In this document: positions 26,512-41,700 of the stretch, piece after piece
Layout of the letters: every line of letters begins with the position of its first letter
How positions within the stretch are numbered: position 1 is the stretch's first letter
Source of the DNA: Adineta vaga
Taxonomy: Eukaryota > Animalia > Rotifera
Assembly: GCA_021613535.1 (NCBI GenBank)
Contig: CP075492.1
Coordinates: forward strand, 2,046,001 to 2,110,000
Direction of reading: 5' to 3'
Length of the DNA: 64,000 nt
The notes under the pieces: generated by a model
What the model was told of the DNA's origin: nothing
The model's database searches: none
The model's input: the letters and a program-made list of their open reading frames with translations, nothing else
Program-made: the position numbers and the translations under genes

Positions 26512-29500
26512 TTAAGTACGACTATTTGATCCGGTTTTACATAATTTGGGTAGTTTTGTTTTTAAAGTCCTCATATATGATGACGAAGGTAAAATAAACA
26601 TGAAAAATGTTGCAATCAATGGCATAATCGATAGAAAATAACATGTCAAAAGAAGAAATAATTGCAATTTGTATATGATACATTTAATAATTAGTATTGA
26701 CATGACTAAAAGTAATTTCAAAATGATCATGACAATTGGACTTACAATCTGATCTCTATGCTCATTGATTTGTTGTTTGAGAATAGCCCCGTATGTATGT
26801 TTTTATGCACTTTTTGTTTGACACGTATAGACTTAAATAAGAGTATGCAAGTTGAAATGAGATTGATGAGGAACGGAACGATAGTATTGAATAGATTAAT
26901 AATTGCATCGTAATGACGTATCCAATTAGACGGAAATTTGACGATACACCAAAGACGTTCATCTAAACGTGGATCAGAAATTAGTTCCCGACTGGATATT
27001 TGATGAAGTGAAGCAAGGATAAGAACTGAGAAGAGAATTGGAACAAGAAATTTCGCTACACGTAAGCTAAGTTTCTTGTTAAATGTTAAACCTTTAATGA
27101 CGTTCATTGCTCGTTCACAAGCTATACAAGCTGATAACCAATCACAAAATGACATTGAGAATTGCAAAAGAAAATCGAATAGAATACAACTAGTATTGAG
27201 AAGATGATAATTATCAATGATTATCATTTGATTGATAATCAGATAGATGAATCGTAAGAGAAGAATAGTTAGGCTTATTTGACTTGAAATCGATAATATT
27301 AACAGATAAAAACCACAACCATGTTGACGAATAGTCACATGAGAAAATGTCCATGTTGAACAAATATTTAAAATCATACCAATAACAAACATACAAATGA
27401 TAAGAGCAGAGAGAATTTTAATGAAAATGTTTTGTTGAAAAAATGATTGATTCGCGGTAATCTCTTGTCCAAGCATTGAATCAAGTGTTAGCGAATATCG
27501 TGTCATTGTCAGCTGACACAATGATCCGTAATAACACTCAGGACATATACATACAAAATGTATTTGACCAGCACGTTTATTTTGTACACAACGAGCATTA
27601 TTTTGACAATAGTTTCGATCAGTACATTCGACTCCAGCATAATTGAATATAAGACAATCAACTAGTTTATTACGATCGACTAGACGCATGTAGATTTCAT
27701 CGTAGAAACATTTCACATCACCAAAATATAGATGATAGAATTTAGCTCGTTTAACTTGACTGTAATTCATCATTGTTTGATTTAATCGTTCGCTGACATG
27801 TAGACACCGATTTTCGAGAGAGAAAGTTTTGGTTAAACTTGTTCGATTGTCGTTTAAAAGTGCGAGTAAATAGTACGAACTTCTTTGATTCGATGGATCG
27901 ACAAATGTTTGTAGGAGAATAATCGAAGGTAAATATTGTTGTTGATAATCATGGACGATCACTTCACTTTTCGGATGAATATTTCGAAAAAAGAATGTAT
28001 TTCGATGTGAGAGGACACCTCCTGTTGCATTAAAAGTTTGAAGATAATGTACAATCATATCTGGAATAAATTCAGTTCGACGAGCAATTTGAATGATCAA
28101 TCGAGCAACTTTAAATTGACATCGATTCCCATAATAGCCAATCGAACATAGACATGCTCTGACAGGAGAAGGTTCATTCACAGCGATACATTGACCATTA
28201 TTCTCACAACGAATTCGGTCACAAGGATTGTACGGAATGCGGCATGTGCGACCGATTCGACCCATTGTACAAAGACAGATTGAAAGATTAGCATGGCTTA
28301 CACATTTCGAATATCTTGAATCGCAGTTCAAATCATTGCAAGGATCAACGTTCAATTTTTGATCACAACGAACACCAGTCCAACCTTGTTGACATGAACA
28401 AAAATGTTTCTCAAGTGTATTGAAATAGAATACACATTGACCATGAACACAGCCAAGACGATGACAGATTGTCTTGTCAGTTGAAATGATTTCCAGATCC
28501 ACTTTTACCGATAATCGATTGATTGGAAGAAATGAAAATTGTACTGGATAATACCATGACAATGAGATGGTTCCTATCTCAGTTGTCGTTACACGATAAG
28601 CTTCAATGTGAACATACAAACTGTTGTTATTCAAATGTGAATAGAGAAAATAGATTGCATGTTTAAATGAGGATTGTTCGCGTGGCATATGAATCATTGT
28701 TTCAAGAGAAAGAACTTGATTTTTTTCATTGAATAAAACGAAGACGAAGTGATAAATTGTATTTTGATCGAAAATTGGTGGTATTTCAGTTCGAAAGGTT
28801 AGATATAATCGATTGTTTTGAAATTGACAACGATGACCATAATAACTCGGCGGACATAAGCAAAAATCGTGACCATCTCGAGAGCGAAGAAGAATACCAT
28901 GATGGCAATGAAAAAGAGCATATGGATCAGTTATTTCGACCGTTTCTTCATTCGTTGAGACATCATTATCTGTGCTACCATTGGGAGATTTTATCTGATT
29001 GTCAAATGATTCAGTATCGAATCCTACTAAAGTAAATGGTCGATACTGTCCAAAAGTCACCTCATTGAAAAGATCACAAATCCATTCGTCTTCACCACTG
29101 GGCCAGCAATCGATTTTTTTATCGCACTATTTAGTTTTCGATATACATGTGCCATTTTTGCAAGCAAATTCATTGGTCGCACAATTCATTGTCACTCTCC
29201 GGGAACACCACAATTCATCATCACCGAGTGGACAATCATTTTCTCGATTACAGATCTTAATAATGTGATATATTCTTTTTGTTGATTTTTGACAAAAGCC
29301 GTCGCTCATCTGTCCGATGACGCTCGGTCCCTCCACTCTACGGAATCGGTTTTCTGATGGCATCATGCGTTCGTCCATAGGTAGGACGCAGTCATCTTGA
29401 CCGTTACCAGCTTGTGCAACAGATAAACAACTAAGTTCAGTTTGACTGAAACGAAGACAATAATGTTCGTTGATCGAACAGTTCGAAATATTCTGTGCGA

Positions 29501-31448
29501 GATATGTAGTCAACGAACCAAAACAATTGAGTTCATCGCATTCGTTCAATCGATTCCATACACCGTTGCAACGATGAACTCGAGCATGGCAAGGCCATTG
29601 ATCACAGTTTATCTCATCATCTTTGAAACTTGATGTTGAACAATGTTGGGCACCATTACATAGTTCTTCGTAGGCAAAGAATAAAGATCGTTGGAGAAGT
29701 ACATCTCGAAAAAATTGACAATCATATTCGTTTGTACATCGGATCGGAAATCTTTCGTCATTATCACTACAGCTTCGCTGAGAATCGAACATGTCTAAAG
29801 TGTAAAGAGATATACAGTCAGTAAATCCGTCATTTAAAAGACGTCTTGGTGCACATCCAGTTAGGTTATGACTATATTTGCAAGTAAATCAATCTCTTGA
29901 GATGGCATTACATGATCTGTTGAAATTGTCTATAGCTTCATCTTCTCCGTAAATTGGACAGTCAATGATACTGTCAAGCAGTCGATGATAGGACATTTCG
30001 AGACCATATTTGGACATCGGAACAGTCTAGAATTAGAATGATTTGATGAATAAGAAAAAGTCAAAAAGTCTGTCATCAACCATCGCAGCAACGATACAGC
30101 GTAACCAGGTCCTTTATAACGGCTATTCCAAATTGGAATATATGATTTTGCCAAATAGCAACTATAGTTATCGATTGTTTCCAAAGGTTTATCAAAGAAA
30201 TTAGGATTTCTAATGAACATTGTATCACTAAAACATAAGTAAAGTGGCGCTATACCAAGCCTATAATCTCCTCGATGTGTATAGGAATTCCATACGTACA
30301 CGGTATGAAGAAAAGAATATTCTTCCATTGTTACCACAGGAAATCGAATGACTTGATAGATTCTGACAAAACTGTGCGTTACGTTTGCCAGGCACTTGAC
30401 AAAGAGACTCGGAAACATTAGGTGATTCATACAAGCATGACAATTGAATGTGACAAATCATATGAGACCAACATTCTTTCGATATATCTCCTCGAAAAGC
30501 ATAGATTCGTTTTATCCATAGAGTGCCGCGTGTATCTTGACACTCATCATTTTCTCTACGGCTGATGATATACTCTTTTAAACATACACCATCTCCACAG
30601 GAAAATGCAGCAAAACCACATGAATGTTCGTTACATTCAGTCGAGAATGTTTGTCTACAACTTTTTTCATGTAGTAGAGAAAAATGATCTTGTTCATCGT
30701 CCCATTCTGAACAATCAATTGTTAAATCGAAAGCAAATGCTCTAGGTATACAATGTCCACTTCGACATCGATAATGAGTTCTTTCATCACATTCACTTAG
30801 TTCCTTCTCTAAACATAAATCTTCATCGATACCATTCGTGCAGTCAATTCTTCCATCACAAATCTGACGCCAATCCAAACAAAGACCTGCCAAACTCGTA
30901 CAATGCCATAGCATATAACATGTCATATCATATTCTTCAGTTAAGTTTCTTACATCACGTATATATCTGCGAGACATTGCCCCATTAACTATACTGTGAA
31001 ATGAGAATGTCTTCGCCGCGAATTCATATTGACAACATGTTCCAAATGAATAATCATGTTTAGAACAATTACAAAATACTTGTGATGTATCAATACCATC
31101 AATCAAATAGGTAATATAGTCTGTTATTAAATCTAATGGTGCAAACCATTTCAATAAGTGATCAGCAGTGATGTTTTTCTTTTTCAATTCATCAAAAGTT
31201 AGATTTTGACCAAAACATGAAGAATTGTTATTGATAGGAGAAATCACTGGTACACGAATACAGTATGGAATTGGATATGAAACACGTCCATTAAACTCGA
31301 TACTATGCCGATAAAAGCAAGTATGATCTCCATTATCAGTTGCATATTTCGTATGATATTGGTAAAACTGTGTTTTAATCAATGGAGATAAATGTGCCAA
31401 AAGAAAATTCAGAAATAGATAAAATATAAATGACATCTTTAACTCCAA
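26512..31448 (-). pseudogene. LDLa + EGF repeat 7TM GPCR, frameshifted
   Basis: Signal peptide, LDLa (CLDWRQICDGRIDC), EGF repeats, TM region DWLSACIACER; split over five ORFs. Confidence 0.85.
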
Positions 31449-31667
31449 TATACGACTGAAATAATTGACACAACTGTCATAGAAGTTATATTTAATAATT
31501 TACAACTCGTGACAAATAAAGAGGATTTTATAGGTCACGTCTGATTTGATCTTTTGTCAGGCACATCCTGATCTTACTATTATCTGTTAAACATTCTGAC
31601 TAACTACGGCCATTCAGAATCTACTGAATAATTTTAATTTGGGTGTGGGACCATTGAATGACATCTA

Positions 31668-31719
31668 CATTTTGAGGGTGTGGGTGCGAAAGAAAGGAAT
31701 ATCCACCCACACCCTCAAT
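31668..31719. repeat. Junction element J12
   Basis: cattttgagggtgtgggtg-cgaaagaaaggaatat-ccacccacaccctcaat; extra tgggtgtggg at ~31640. Confidence 0.9.
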
Positions 31720-31952
31720 CCATCTTCAAATCAGCAAGGATTACGTGTCAATTTCTATTTATGAATCATACCTTTCATTTAGTTAAAATAGAAAATCCAT
31801 CTGTTTTATAATTTCAGAAAAAAGATTACAAATCTAATATGTATTTATTCCATTTGCATTTCCGTGAAAGAAAAGAAAGCATGTTTTCCTATACAATCTA
31901 TGAATATAAAACTATACTGAAAGTTAATTTTATTCATACCAGTCATTTAACA

Positions 31953-34900
31953 ATGTTGATTATATACGTAATAATAATTCTTGTTCAATATCGTACAGTG
32001 AATACTCAATATTCATTATATTACTCAGATAATCATCAAGGTTCGTATGCAACATTTGATTGTCTATACTTTCATACTGTTCAATATGACAAAAATGACA
32101 ATAAGTTTTATAATATTACTGATCAATTAACATCGTATTGTCGACGACCAGATAATGATGAAAAAGAAGAAAATTTTAATGATTTATTGGATGAAATATT
32201 AATAAAAAAAATTAGTTTTAAAGAATTAAGAGAACAAGATGTGAAAAGTGAACAACTTCTTCAATGGTCAGCACCAATTGATCTTGTTGAACGATATGAA
32301 ATGAATAATAATGATTCAGAATTTTTCTATAATTGTTCATCACCATGGTTTGGTTCAAAATGTCAATATCAATTTATTTTTAATGAATCTTTCTCATTTA
32401 ATAAAATTGTTCAAAAATTCGTATCTGATCGTAACAAAATCTCTTTAAATGTATCGATTACAACATGTTATGGTTTATTAAATAATTGTCCGCGTGGTCC
32501 ATGGTCATTATGTCTCGATTGGCGTCAAATATGTGATGGTAAATCTGATTGTATCAATGGAGAAGATGAACAATGGTGTGAAATATTAGAAACAAGTACA
32601 TGTAATGATGATGAATATCGATGTCATTATGGTGGTCAATGTATTCCAAAGATATTTTTAAGAGATAACGAGGCAAGTACTGATTGTCTTGATGGTAGTG
32701 ATGAAATACTGCCAGAGCCAAGGTTGTCGTCGTATTCGCAAGTCAATAACAAGGCAAGTACTGATCATCTTGATGGCAGTGATGAATCACTACTGCTACG
32801 GTCAAGCCTGGTTTCGTATTCGCAAGCCGTTCCGTGTGGTGATCTTATCATATTTCGATGTGACGAACGTATTTCTCGATATCCATTCTCTTTTCCATGT
32901 GGCAATGAAGAATTTATTGGGACCAGGCCTATACCAATTAATGGAAGATTTTGTTCGAATAAACGAGAACAACAAGTGGGTTTAACTATGCTTACATCAT
33001 TTGATCATATTAAAGATATTCATTGTCGACAAACATTTCGTTGTTCACTTCTTTCTAATCGAAGTTATAGTAAGTAGAAAGATCTTTATATTCGTATAAA
33101 AATAATTCATTTTCATATTATTTTTAGATGTCGATAATATAAATGGTCCTAATCGTCCATTATATGTTTATTTTGAAGGTATTTGGAATAAAGATTGTGA
33201 ACTTTTATCAGAATATTGTTCAGATGAATGGTTAGTATTACCTGAATATCCAATAATGTATGGATTTTTTCAATTTATCTATTTAACAAATCGATCAATT
33301 AATGAATTTAAAAATAATGTTATGCCAGATTTTATTTGTTTTGATGCAAAAAACTGTCCAATGTTATTATCAAAAATAATTCCAATTAAAATAATTGATA
33401 ATTTAACATGTTGTCATACACTTGATTTACCAAACGCATATGAAACAAAACATTTTCATGATATTAATGAATTCTTCGATGAAACTTATAGTGCTTGTGT
33501 ATTTATTGGTAATGTCATGTCATGTGAAAATTCATCTTATTTTTATTGTAATCAATCACAAAAATGTATTTCATATAATCGTGTTGGTGATGGATTTCAA
33601 GATTGTTCTTTTAATGAAGATGAAGATTTTCCTTCATGTCAATTAAATGATTCAAATCGATTTCGTTGTCCATCTAATCCAGATAAATGTTTATTACCTG
33701 TAGCAATTGGAGATTTACTTGATGATTGTTCAACAAATGAATTATTGGAGAGTCAACATGGAATTGAACGGAAAATATCATTTCCATCTTTATGTGATCG
33801 AATTCCGAATGATGAAATTTTACAAATAGCTGAAAATGAAACTGATGAAACAAATTGTCATTTGTGGCCATGTGATAATCCATATTCCCATTGTAATGGT
33901 TATTGGGATTGTCTTAATGGTATTGATGAACTTTATTGTAATAAAACAAATTGTTCATTCAATGAATTTCAATGTAAAAATGAAGATTTAAAGTTAACTT
34001 ATTGTTTACCATTTAATCAATTATTTATTAAACCAAAAGATAATTGTCGATGGAATAATTATTTTATTGAACTTTATTTTCATAATGGAACACAAGATCT
34101 TAGTCAATATTATTATTCATTTAATAAATCAAAATGTATTAATAAAGATAATATTTGTATTTCTCATATGAAAAAAATCAATTTACAAGAAGATATATGT
34201 TATCAAAGTCCGGATATTATTGTATCTTTCCTTAGTGAAGTTATTAAAATTGATAATGATCATCATACATTTTTATGTAGAATGAATCAAGAAGTTTCAG
34301 TAAAGTATATGGAGAATCGTTTTATGACAACATTAAATCTTGGTTATTTTCCAGAAATAACATCAACTATTCCTCATGAAAATATTTCAAATATAAATGA
34401 AGAAAAAGAGATAATATCAAGAATAGATCCATCACTTGCTTGGTATTGTCATTATGGTATTCCTCTTTTCTATGGTAATAAAAATAAAACAAAAGTATGT
34501 CTTTGTCCACCAAATTATTATGGTTCACGATGTCAATGGCAAAATCAACGTATTAGTTTAACAATTCAAATAAAAACACATTTAAATATACCATTATTAA
34601 GTATTTTTCAATTTATTATTATGTTAATTGATGAACAAGGAAATATAACTTCAAATAATTATGAACAAATTCTTTATATGCCTGATCAAAAATGTAATTC
34701 GAAATTTAATATTTATTTACTTTATCCAAATCGTCCAAAATATCTTTCATCAAATTATTCAATTCGTATTGATCTTTATAATAAATCAAGATTAGATTAT
34801 TGGTCTAGTTGGATTTTACCAATTCCATATCAATTTTTACCAGTGAATCGAATTGCAACACAATTAATGATTCCAAAATTTCGTCAAAATCATTTATGTA

Positions 34901-36822
34901 ATTTATCATGTGGAGAATATGGACAATGTATTCGATATATTAATCTAAATAATTCATTCTTTTGTCAATGTAATCGTGGATATACAGGTCGTTATTGTCA
35001 TATAAAACAATCATGTCAATGTCCATTAGATTCATTATGTATTTCATCATCAATTTGTTTATGTCCATTAAATAAATTTGGTACATATTGTTATGTAGAT
35101 CGATTCATCTGTCAATTAAATAATAATCCATGTGAAAATAATGGATTATGTATTCCTACAGATGATCGTATAAATTACAATGGATTTATTTGTATTTGTA
35201 AAGAAGGTTATCATGGTAAACAATGTCAATATAAAAATAATTTAATTCATATTAATTTTAATTATAAAATAAGAAATAATAATTCTTTATTATTTATTCA
35301 TTATATAAAAGCATTTGATCAAGAAATTGAACATCAAAGAATAACAATATTAAAAAAAATTCTTTATGGTTATAATTCAATTACAATTTATGTTAAACAA
35401 TCATTTAATATTATTTTTATTCAAACATTTGGTGATAATAATTATTATTTAATTGTATTAAGAGAAATATATTTTCTATTAGAATCTTCAATTAATGTTA
35501 ATTTATTACCTAAACAACATTGTTTATCTGTTAAAAATCATCTTAATAAAACATTTTATGAATATAAATATTTACATCGTATTAAATATTATCCATATCT
35601 ATGTCAACAAAATCGAGAATTGATGTGTTTTTATGATGAATATCATTTATGTATATGTGATACAAAACGTTTTTCCAATTGTTTTTTATTTAATCACACA
35701 TTAAAATATGATTGTCATGAAAATAATCTTTGTTATAATGATGGACGATGTTTTCAAAATAATCAAACATGTCCAACAACATTTACATGTTTATGTTCTG
35801 ATTGTTATTATGGTAATCAATGTCAATTTACAACAAAAGGTTTTCTGTTTTCATTAGATCCAATACTTGCTTATCATATTAAACCAAATATATCAATTAA
35901 TCAACAACCATTTATTATTAAATTTAGTATTTTTATAACAACGATTTTACTTCTATTTGGTTTAATTTTAAGTTCATTATCATTAATAACATTTCAATCA
36001 GAAAAAACGAAAGAAATTGGTTGTGGATATTATCTTTTAACATCATCAATAGGTTCAATTTGTATGATTTTAATCTTAAAGATTAAATTTTGGTTACTTA
36101 TTCTTATACAAATGTCAACTATTAATAATAAAACGATTTTATTAATGAATTGTATTTCAATTGAAATCTTTCTAAAATCTCTTTTAGCATCAACTGAATG
36201 GATAAATGCCTGTGTTTCAACTGAAAGATTATTTACTGTTATAAAAGATGTTAAATTTAATAAAAAACAAAGTCAAATATGGTCAAAACGAATAATTTCT
36301 ACGATAATTTTATTAACAATATTAACACATATTCATGACCCAATTAAAAGAGAATTAATTTATGATATTGATGGAGATCAACAACGAATATGGTGTATAA
36401 CAAAATATTCATCACAATTAACAACGTATAATACATTTATAACACTTTTTCATTTTCTAATGCCTTTTTCAATTAATTTTTTATCAGCTTTATTATTGAT
36501 TATTATCGTAGCACGTAAACGTTCAAATATTAAACATGAATTAACATATAAACAACATTTACAATCACAATTAAAACAACATAAATATATTCTTATTGCA
36601 CCAGTAACATTAATATTATTAAATTTACCACGTTTAATAATATCATTTGCATCTGGATGTATGAAATCACCAGAAAATTCATGGTTATATCTTATTGGTT
36701 ATTTTGTTTCATTTATTCCACCAATTTCAACTTTTTTTGTTTTTGTTTTACCGTCAAAAGCTTATAAAAGTGAATTTGATAAAACAATTCAACAATGGAT
36801 TCGACGAATTCAACGAGGGTAG
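31953..36822 (+). CDS. LDLa + EGF repeat 7TM GPCR, 2 exons
   Basis: MLIIYVIIILVQ signal, LDLa repeats, EGF repeats, 7TM (EWINACVSTER); intron ~33072-33128. Confidence 0.9.
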
Positions 36823-36858
36823 TTGTATAATTTATGCAACCACCCACAACTACACACA
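36812..36858. repeat. Degenerate junction element J13 overlapping the GPCR stop codon
   Basis: aacgagggtagttgt-loop-caaccacccacaactacac. Confidence 0.45.
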
Positions 36859-37711
36859 ATCAGAAACAAGACAAATCAATTACATACTAGAGCCCGAAAC
36901 GAGGCAATATTTCACTGCTTTGACTCGCCTCGTCTCTTGATAAATTTTAAAAAGCCTACTTCGTCTCGCTTTGGTTTTTAAAGATATTATCAAAATCGGC
37001 TGCGAATATATTGAGATCATTTATAATACAATGTATTTTTGCGATACTCACCATCTGAAATACACAACATGTCGAGTGTTCAGTATGTGAGGTTTCTCAA
37101 TATACGGATGAAAGTAATATCGAAATCGGTAGAAGTAATCTAGCCTACCGTAATGAATATAATGAAATAATATAAATATAATGGTGAATACAACCACGTT
37201 TATTTGGGGTTAAGTGAGAACAAAAACTAAATGAGAAAACACTATATATGGCTTGGTCTAAAAACTGTTTTAGGTTGATTTGTAAAAAAACCTCTCCTGC
37301 GACCAAAACAAATTCAAGTATTGTATTTCATTTTTACAGCACCTGTTACCCTGTATTGAGAAATACAATATATCACAAGGTGCAGCATGGAAAGCTCTAC
37401 AATTTACATAATACTGCTTATTTTATAATTGCACTTGTTGTTTTCAAAATGAACAAAATTTTGAGTGATCAAATTTCGACAACACGAGGTGGCAAATCTT
37501 TTTGGTCCAAGAGGAATTTGTTTTTTTCCGACTTCATCTTTTTATAACTGATCATCGTAAATTGTAGAGCTTTTCACGCTGCATCTTGTGATATATTTCA
37601 TTTTTTCGAAATAGTGTAATAGGTGGTGTAAAAATGAAATGCAGTATTTAACTTTATTTCGGCGTTGGGAGATTACGCACTCACACCCTAGTTGACAAAT
37701 GCTTTGTACTG

Positions 37712-37771
37712 CTCGAGGATGCAGGTGTGGGTGTCTGCTCTTCAACAACCTCTACACCCACACCCTCGAAT
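37712..37771. repeat. Junction element J14 (same loop as J7)
   Basis: ctcgaggatgcaggtgtgggtgt-ctgctcttcaacaacctct-acacccacaccctcgaa. Confidence 0.9.
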
Positions 37772-38354
37772 CTAGTTCAGCAGTGTCTATATTTATCTTT
37801 CGAATACTCGTTACTCATTGTTTTGTATTTCGTTATTCTTTTTATTCTCTATATATTACAAGGTAAACAAACATATTTTTAGACAAAGACGCTTATCGAA
37901 GCACATGCGAATATATCGTTTAAAATAAACCATTTTGTATATTTGATGAATAGAGATATTGTGTAAATTCACCTTAACCAGCATTTTCTAAATGCAAAAT
38001 AAAGAATAAAAAAAGGGCAAATGGTTTATATTTGTTCTTCTTTTTCACGATAAGTAATTTTCATTGTGAAGATTTATCTATACAGGCAAGATGTAACACA
38101 CATTTATACTTTAAATAGAAACACAATATGTTTTGGTTGATGATACTTTTTATATTGGGAATTATTTGTTATATAATTTACAAGAAAAATAAACGAAAAA
38201 CATCTGTAGATATTCCTCAATATGATCATGCGATAGTTATTGGTGGTGGTTTTGGTGGAATGATCACAGCTGTTTATTTAACAAAATATTTTTCAAAAGT
38301 AACAATTATTGAATCTGATGATGTATTAAATGATACATTTATAAAATCAACACC
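37724..38354 (+). repeat. Near-identical duplicate of 13298-13928 containing the 5' fragment of the FAD oxidoreductase (38128-38354)
   Basis: Constant offset of 24426 nt with only a few substitutions. Confidence 0.95.
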
Positions 38355-38417
38355 ATCTTGAGGGTGTGGGTGTTATTATTACATCTCTCTAACACCCGCA
38401 TCCACATCCTTAAGATG
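38354..38417. repeat. Junction element J15
   Basis: catcttgagggtgtgggtgtt-loop-aacacccgcatccacatccttaagatg. Confidence 0.95.
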
Positions 38418-38713
38418 ATCGAAAGATGAATGTTGCATCCACATCCCATAAATCATTTAATTAATCTTCATTTAGATAGGTAGAATACCGTCAAGCAGAG
38501 AAAAACATGACAAAGACTATTGTATGAGGAATCATCAAGCGGAACATATTTATTAAGAGGTTTTCAATAGTTTTGTTGCAATCTTTATCCATCTTACTAT
38601 GTAAAAAGCCTTGTACTTGTTTAAACATTGAATCTTTTGCGATGGAATATTCTCTACGAAAAGGTGGTTTCTCTGAATAGGAAAAAGATTATAAAAAGTC
38701 TCACTATCAGTTG

Positions 38714-41700
38714 CAGTGATTGGACGAGTACAAGTACGACAATTACTAGTACAAATAATTGTTACTTAAGTAATTGTACTATGGACTTGGACTCAGTACA
38801 TTGTACTGTAGTACGTTGTACTCAATACCCGTACTAAGTAGAATGTACTACAGTCAAAAGTAAGTACATTGTACTCAGTACAATGTACTTAGTACTTCGT
38901 TATAATTTCATGTTTTGTATTTATCATTATTTTCTAAGTTATTATTTCCCGTTGCCATGATATAATGACATCTAGAGGAATGAAAAAATAAAAGGAGATA
39001 TTTATATTACAATATCATGTATTAATTGACATAAAATCAATATAGTTTCAATGGAGGTATATAACTAATGAATAGTGTTATCTGAAGGACAGAAAAGAAA
39101 TAAAATAGCAAAGTAAAAGGAAGTGTATTGGTGCGTATGAACAACGGATGCACCAATGTCTTGTTTGTACATGGTCGTAAAACTGACTATATGTTATTAG
39201 TCACCGTGAAACAACATCTTACATCTGAATATAAATTCTATACAAGTCTTCGTCAATAAGCATGGCTGCTGAACAATTGAAGAAGTATTTTGATTTTTCA
39301 ATTATTGACAACAATAGAGTGAATGGTTATTGTAAACCGTGCAATCGCAATTACAAGGATAAAACTGGAATTGTCAGCAATTTCGTAAAGCATTTAAAAC
39401 GAAAACATTCATCTGAATATGAAACATTATTTGGTTGTCGCGTTGAAGATGCATCAGAAGATGGTAATGCTGGTGACAGTCAATCAAAATTAGAATTATC
39501 ATCAAGTAGTACTAAACAAGATTGTATTAATATGTCTATTGCAAAAAATCTAATTATCAAATGTAATTTACCATTGAGTTTAGTAGAGAATGCTGCTTTT
39601 CGTCTATTCATGAAAGAATGTACTGTCAAATGGGACCCCATATCGTCGAGAAAATTGAAACATGATGGAATTACATTTTTGGCGAATAGAATGAAAAAAA
39701 TTCTTTATGAAACACTAAATGGTGCAAAATTTGTTACTTTAACTGTTGATGCATGGTCTGACAGACGAAGCAGGTCATTTATTGGCGTGACCTGTCATTT
39801 TATTAATTACAAGTGTGAACCACAAACAGTTTTAATTGATTTTGTACGATTAAAAGGAACACATACTGATGAAAATATTCAACGAACTACCGAATTTATT
39901 CTCGATCGTTATAATCTCAAAGACAAGGTGTATAAGATAGTCACGGACAATGCTTCATCAATGATAAAAGCATACAAATTTGGCCTGTCTGTTGATGATG
40001 AAATTTATGATGATTACAACGATGAACCTAAACCAAATTCAAATAGTAATACTGCATTCGATGACAACGATCGTAAGCATTTTTTTCTACTTAAATGAAT
40101 AAAAAATAGAAATAATGTAAATCTTTTCAATGTAGATGATATAAATATTGATGACTTGAAGCTTATGAATGTTTCATTTGCTGACAATTATGATGATGTG
40201 GAAAATCCTTCGAATATTCGTTTATCATGTTTTATACATTCTTTACAATTATCTATACGTGATGGTTTGAAAAATTCTTCTTATGTACCAAAAGTACTTA
40301 AAAAGTGTCAAGCGCTTGCCAAATTTTCACACAGATCATCAAAAGCTGTCGAAACACTTGAAGAATTGAATAAAAACATCAACAAAATGACAATTACTCG
40401 GTGGAATAGTGAATTTTTATTAGTCAAATCCATTTTGTCAATTGGTAAAACAGATCTTGAATCGATTGCATCTTTAATGGAAGATCCAATTAAATTTTCT
40501 GATAATGATTTCATTGTTTTAGAAGAGCTTGTTGATATTCTTCAATCATTTAATGATATCTCAATTAAATGTCAAGCAGAAGCAGCAGTTACTATTAGTT
40601 TAGTCGTTCCATCTATTGTACATTTGATTTCACATCTTCGTGATGTTAGACAAGATATATCGTTATGTGTTAAACTGGTGCAGCAACTTGAACAATCAAT
40701 TAAAACACGTTTTGGTGGAATTATTAATCGATTGAATTTAGGTGATCTTGCTGATAACTCTGCCTATGGTGATCCAATATATTTCATAGGTGCTGTTTTG
40801 GATCCAGCATTTAAATTTTTATGGATCCATGATTTGAAATTACTTACTACAGCAGAAAATCGTTTAAAACAGCACATAATCGAATTGATTATTAATGAAA
40901 TGAAAAAGGATTTACCAGCAACAATTAGTGCACCAATGAATATCGATTCTTGTTTAACATCATCATTCGTATATTCTGCTTTTTCTTCTACCATCACATC
41001 ACCGAGAAAACGTCGGAAATTATTCAACTAAGATAATAATATTGATCTGAATTCGAATGCACCATCTTCACTCGATCCTGCTATAGAACTTGATGCTTTT
41101 TTGAACGATCCAGTTCGTCCAAATTTTTCTACTTATTGGTTTCATTCACAACTGAAGATTCTTAAAAGTTTAATCGTAAGAATTTTTTCAGTTCAGGCAA
41201 GTTCAGCGCCCATTGAGAGAGTTTTCTCTCATGCCGGATTGATATTAACATCAAGAAGAACGAACATGAATGAGACTTTATTTAATGATTTAGTTCTTCT
41301 CCGTGTGAATCAGAATTTACTTTGAAACAATTGCCTCACATTCTTTATTTGCATCAATTGTTCTTTTCACATGTGTTTCTGTTGTTTTACCATTTATTTG
41401 TCACTTGTTTCGCTCTTTATTTTTACTTACTATGCTTTTTATTAAATCACTGTTTGCTGCTGTCTTTTCATGAAACGAATAAAGTTTTTACTTATCATTC
41501 TAACATCATCTGATGTTCATTATCGAATGTTCAATGAAAGCTTATATACAGCTAATTACCAAGTGAAGCGCACTTAATACATATTTAACAAACGGGCTAC
41601 TCAACAACAAAATATTATTCCGTATTTGATTTGACGTTGCATAGATAAATAATTCATAAAATTTAAAATTCAGTAGTCCACATTAAAAGATTACCTGAAA

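Noticed and set aside
39262-41325. hAT transposase as the enzyme acting on the junction elements
   Set aside because: It has its own unrelated TIRs, and the junctions lack 8-bp TSDs.
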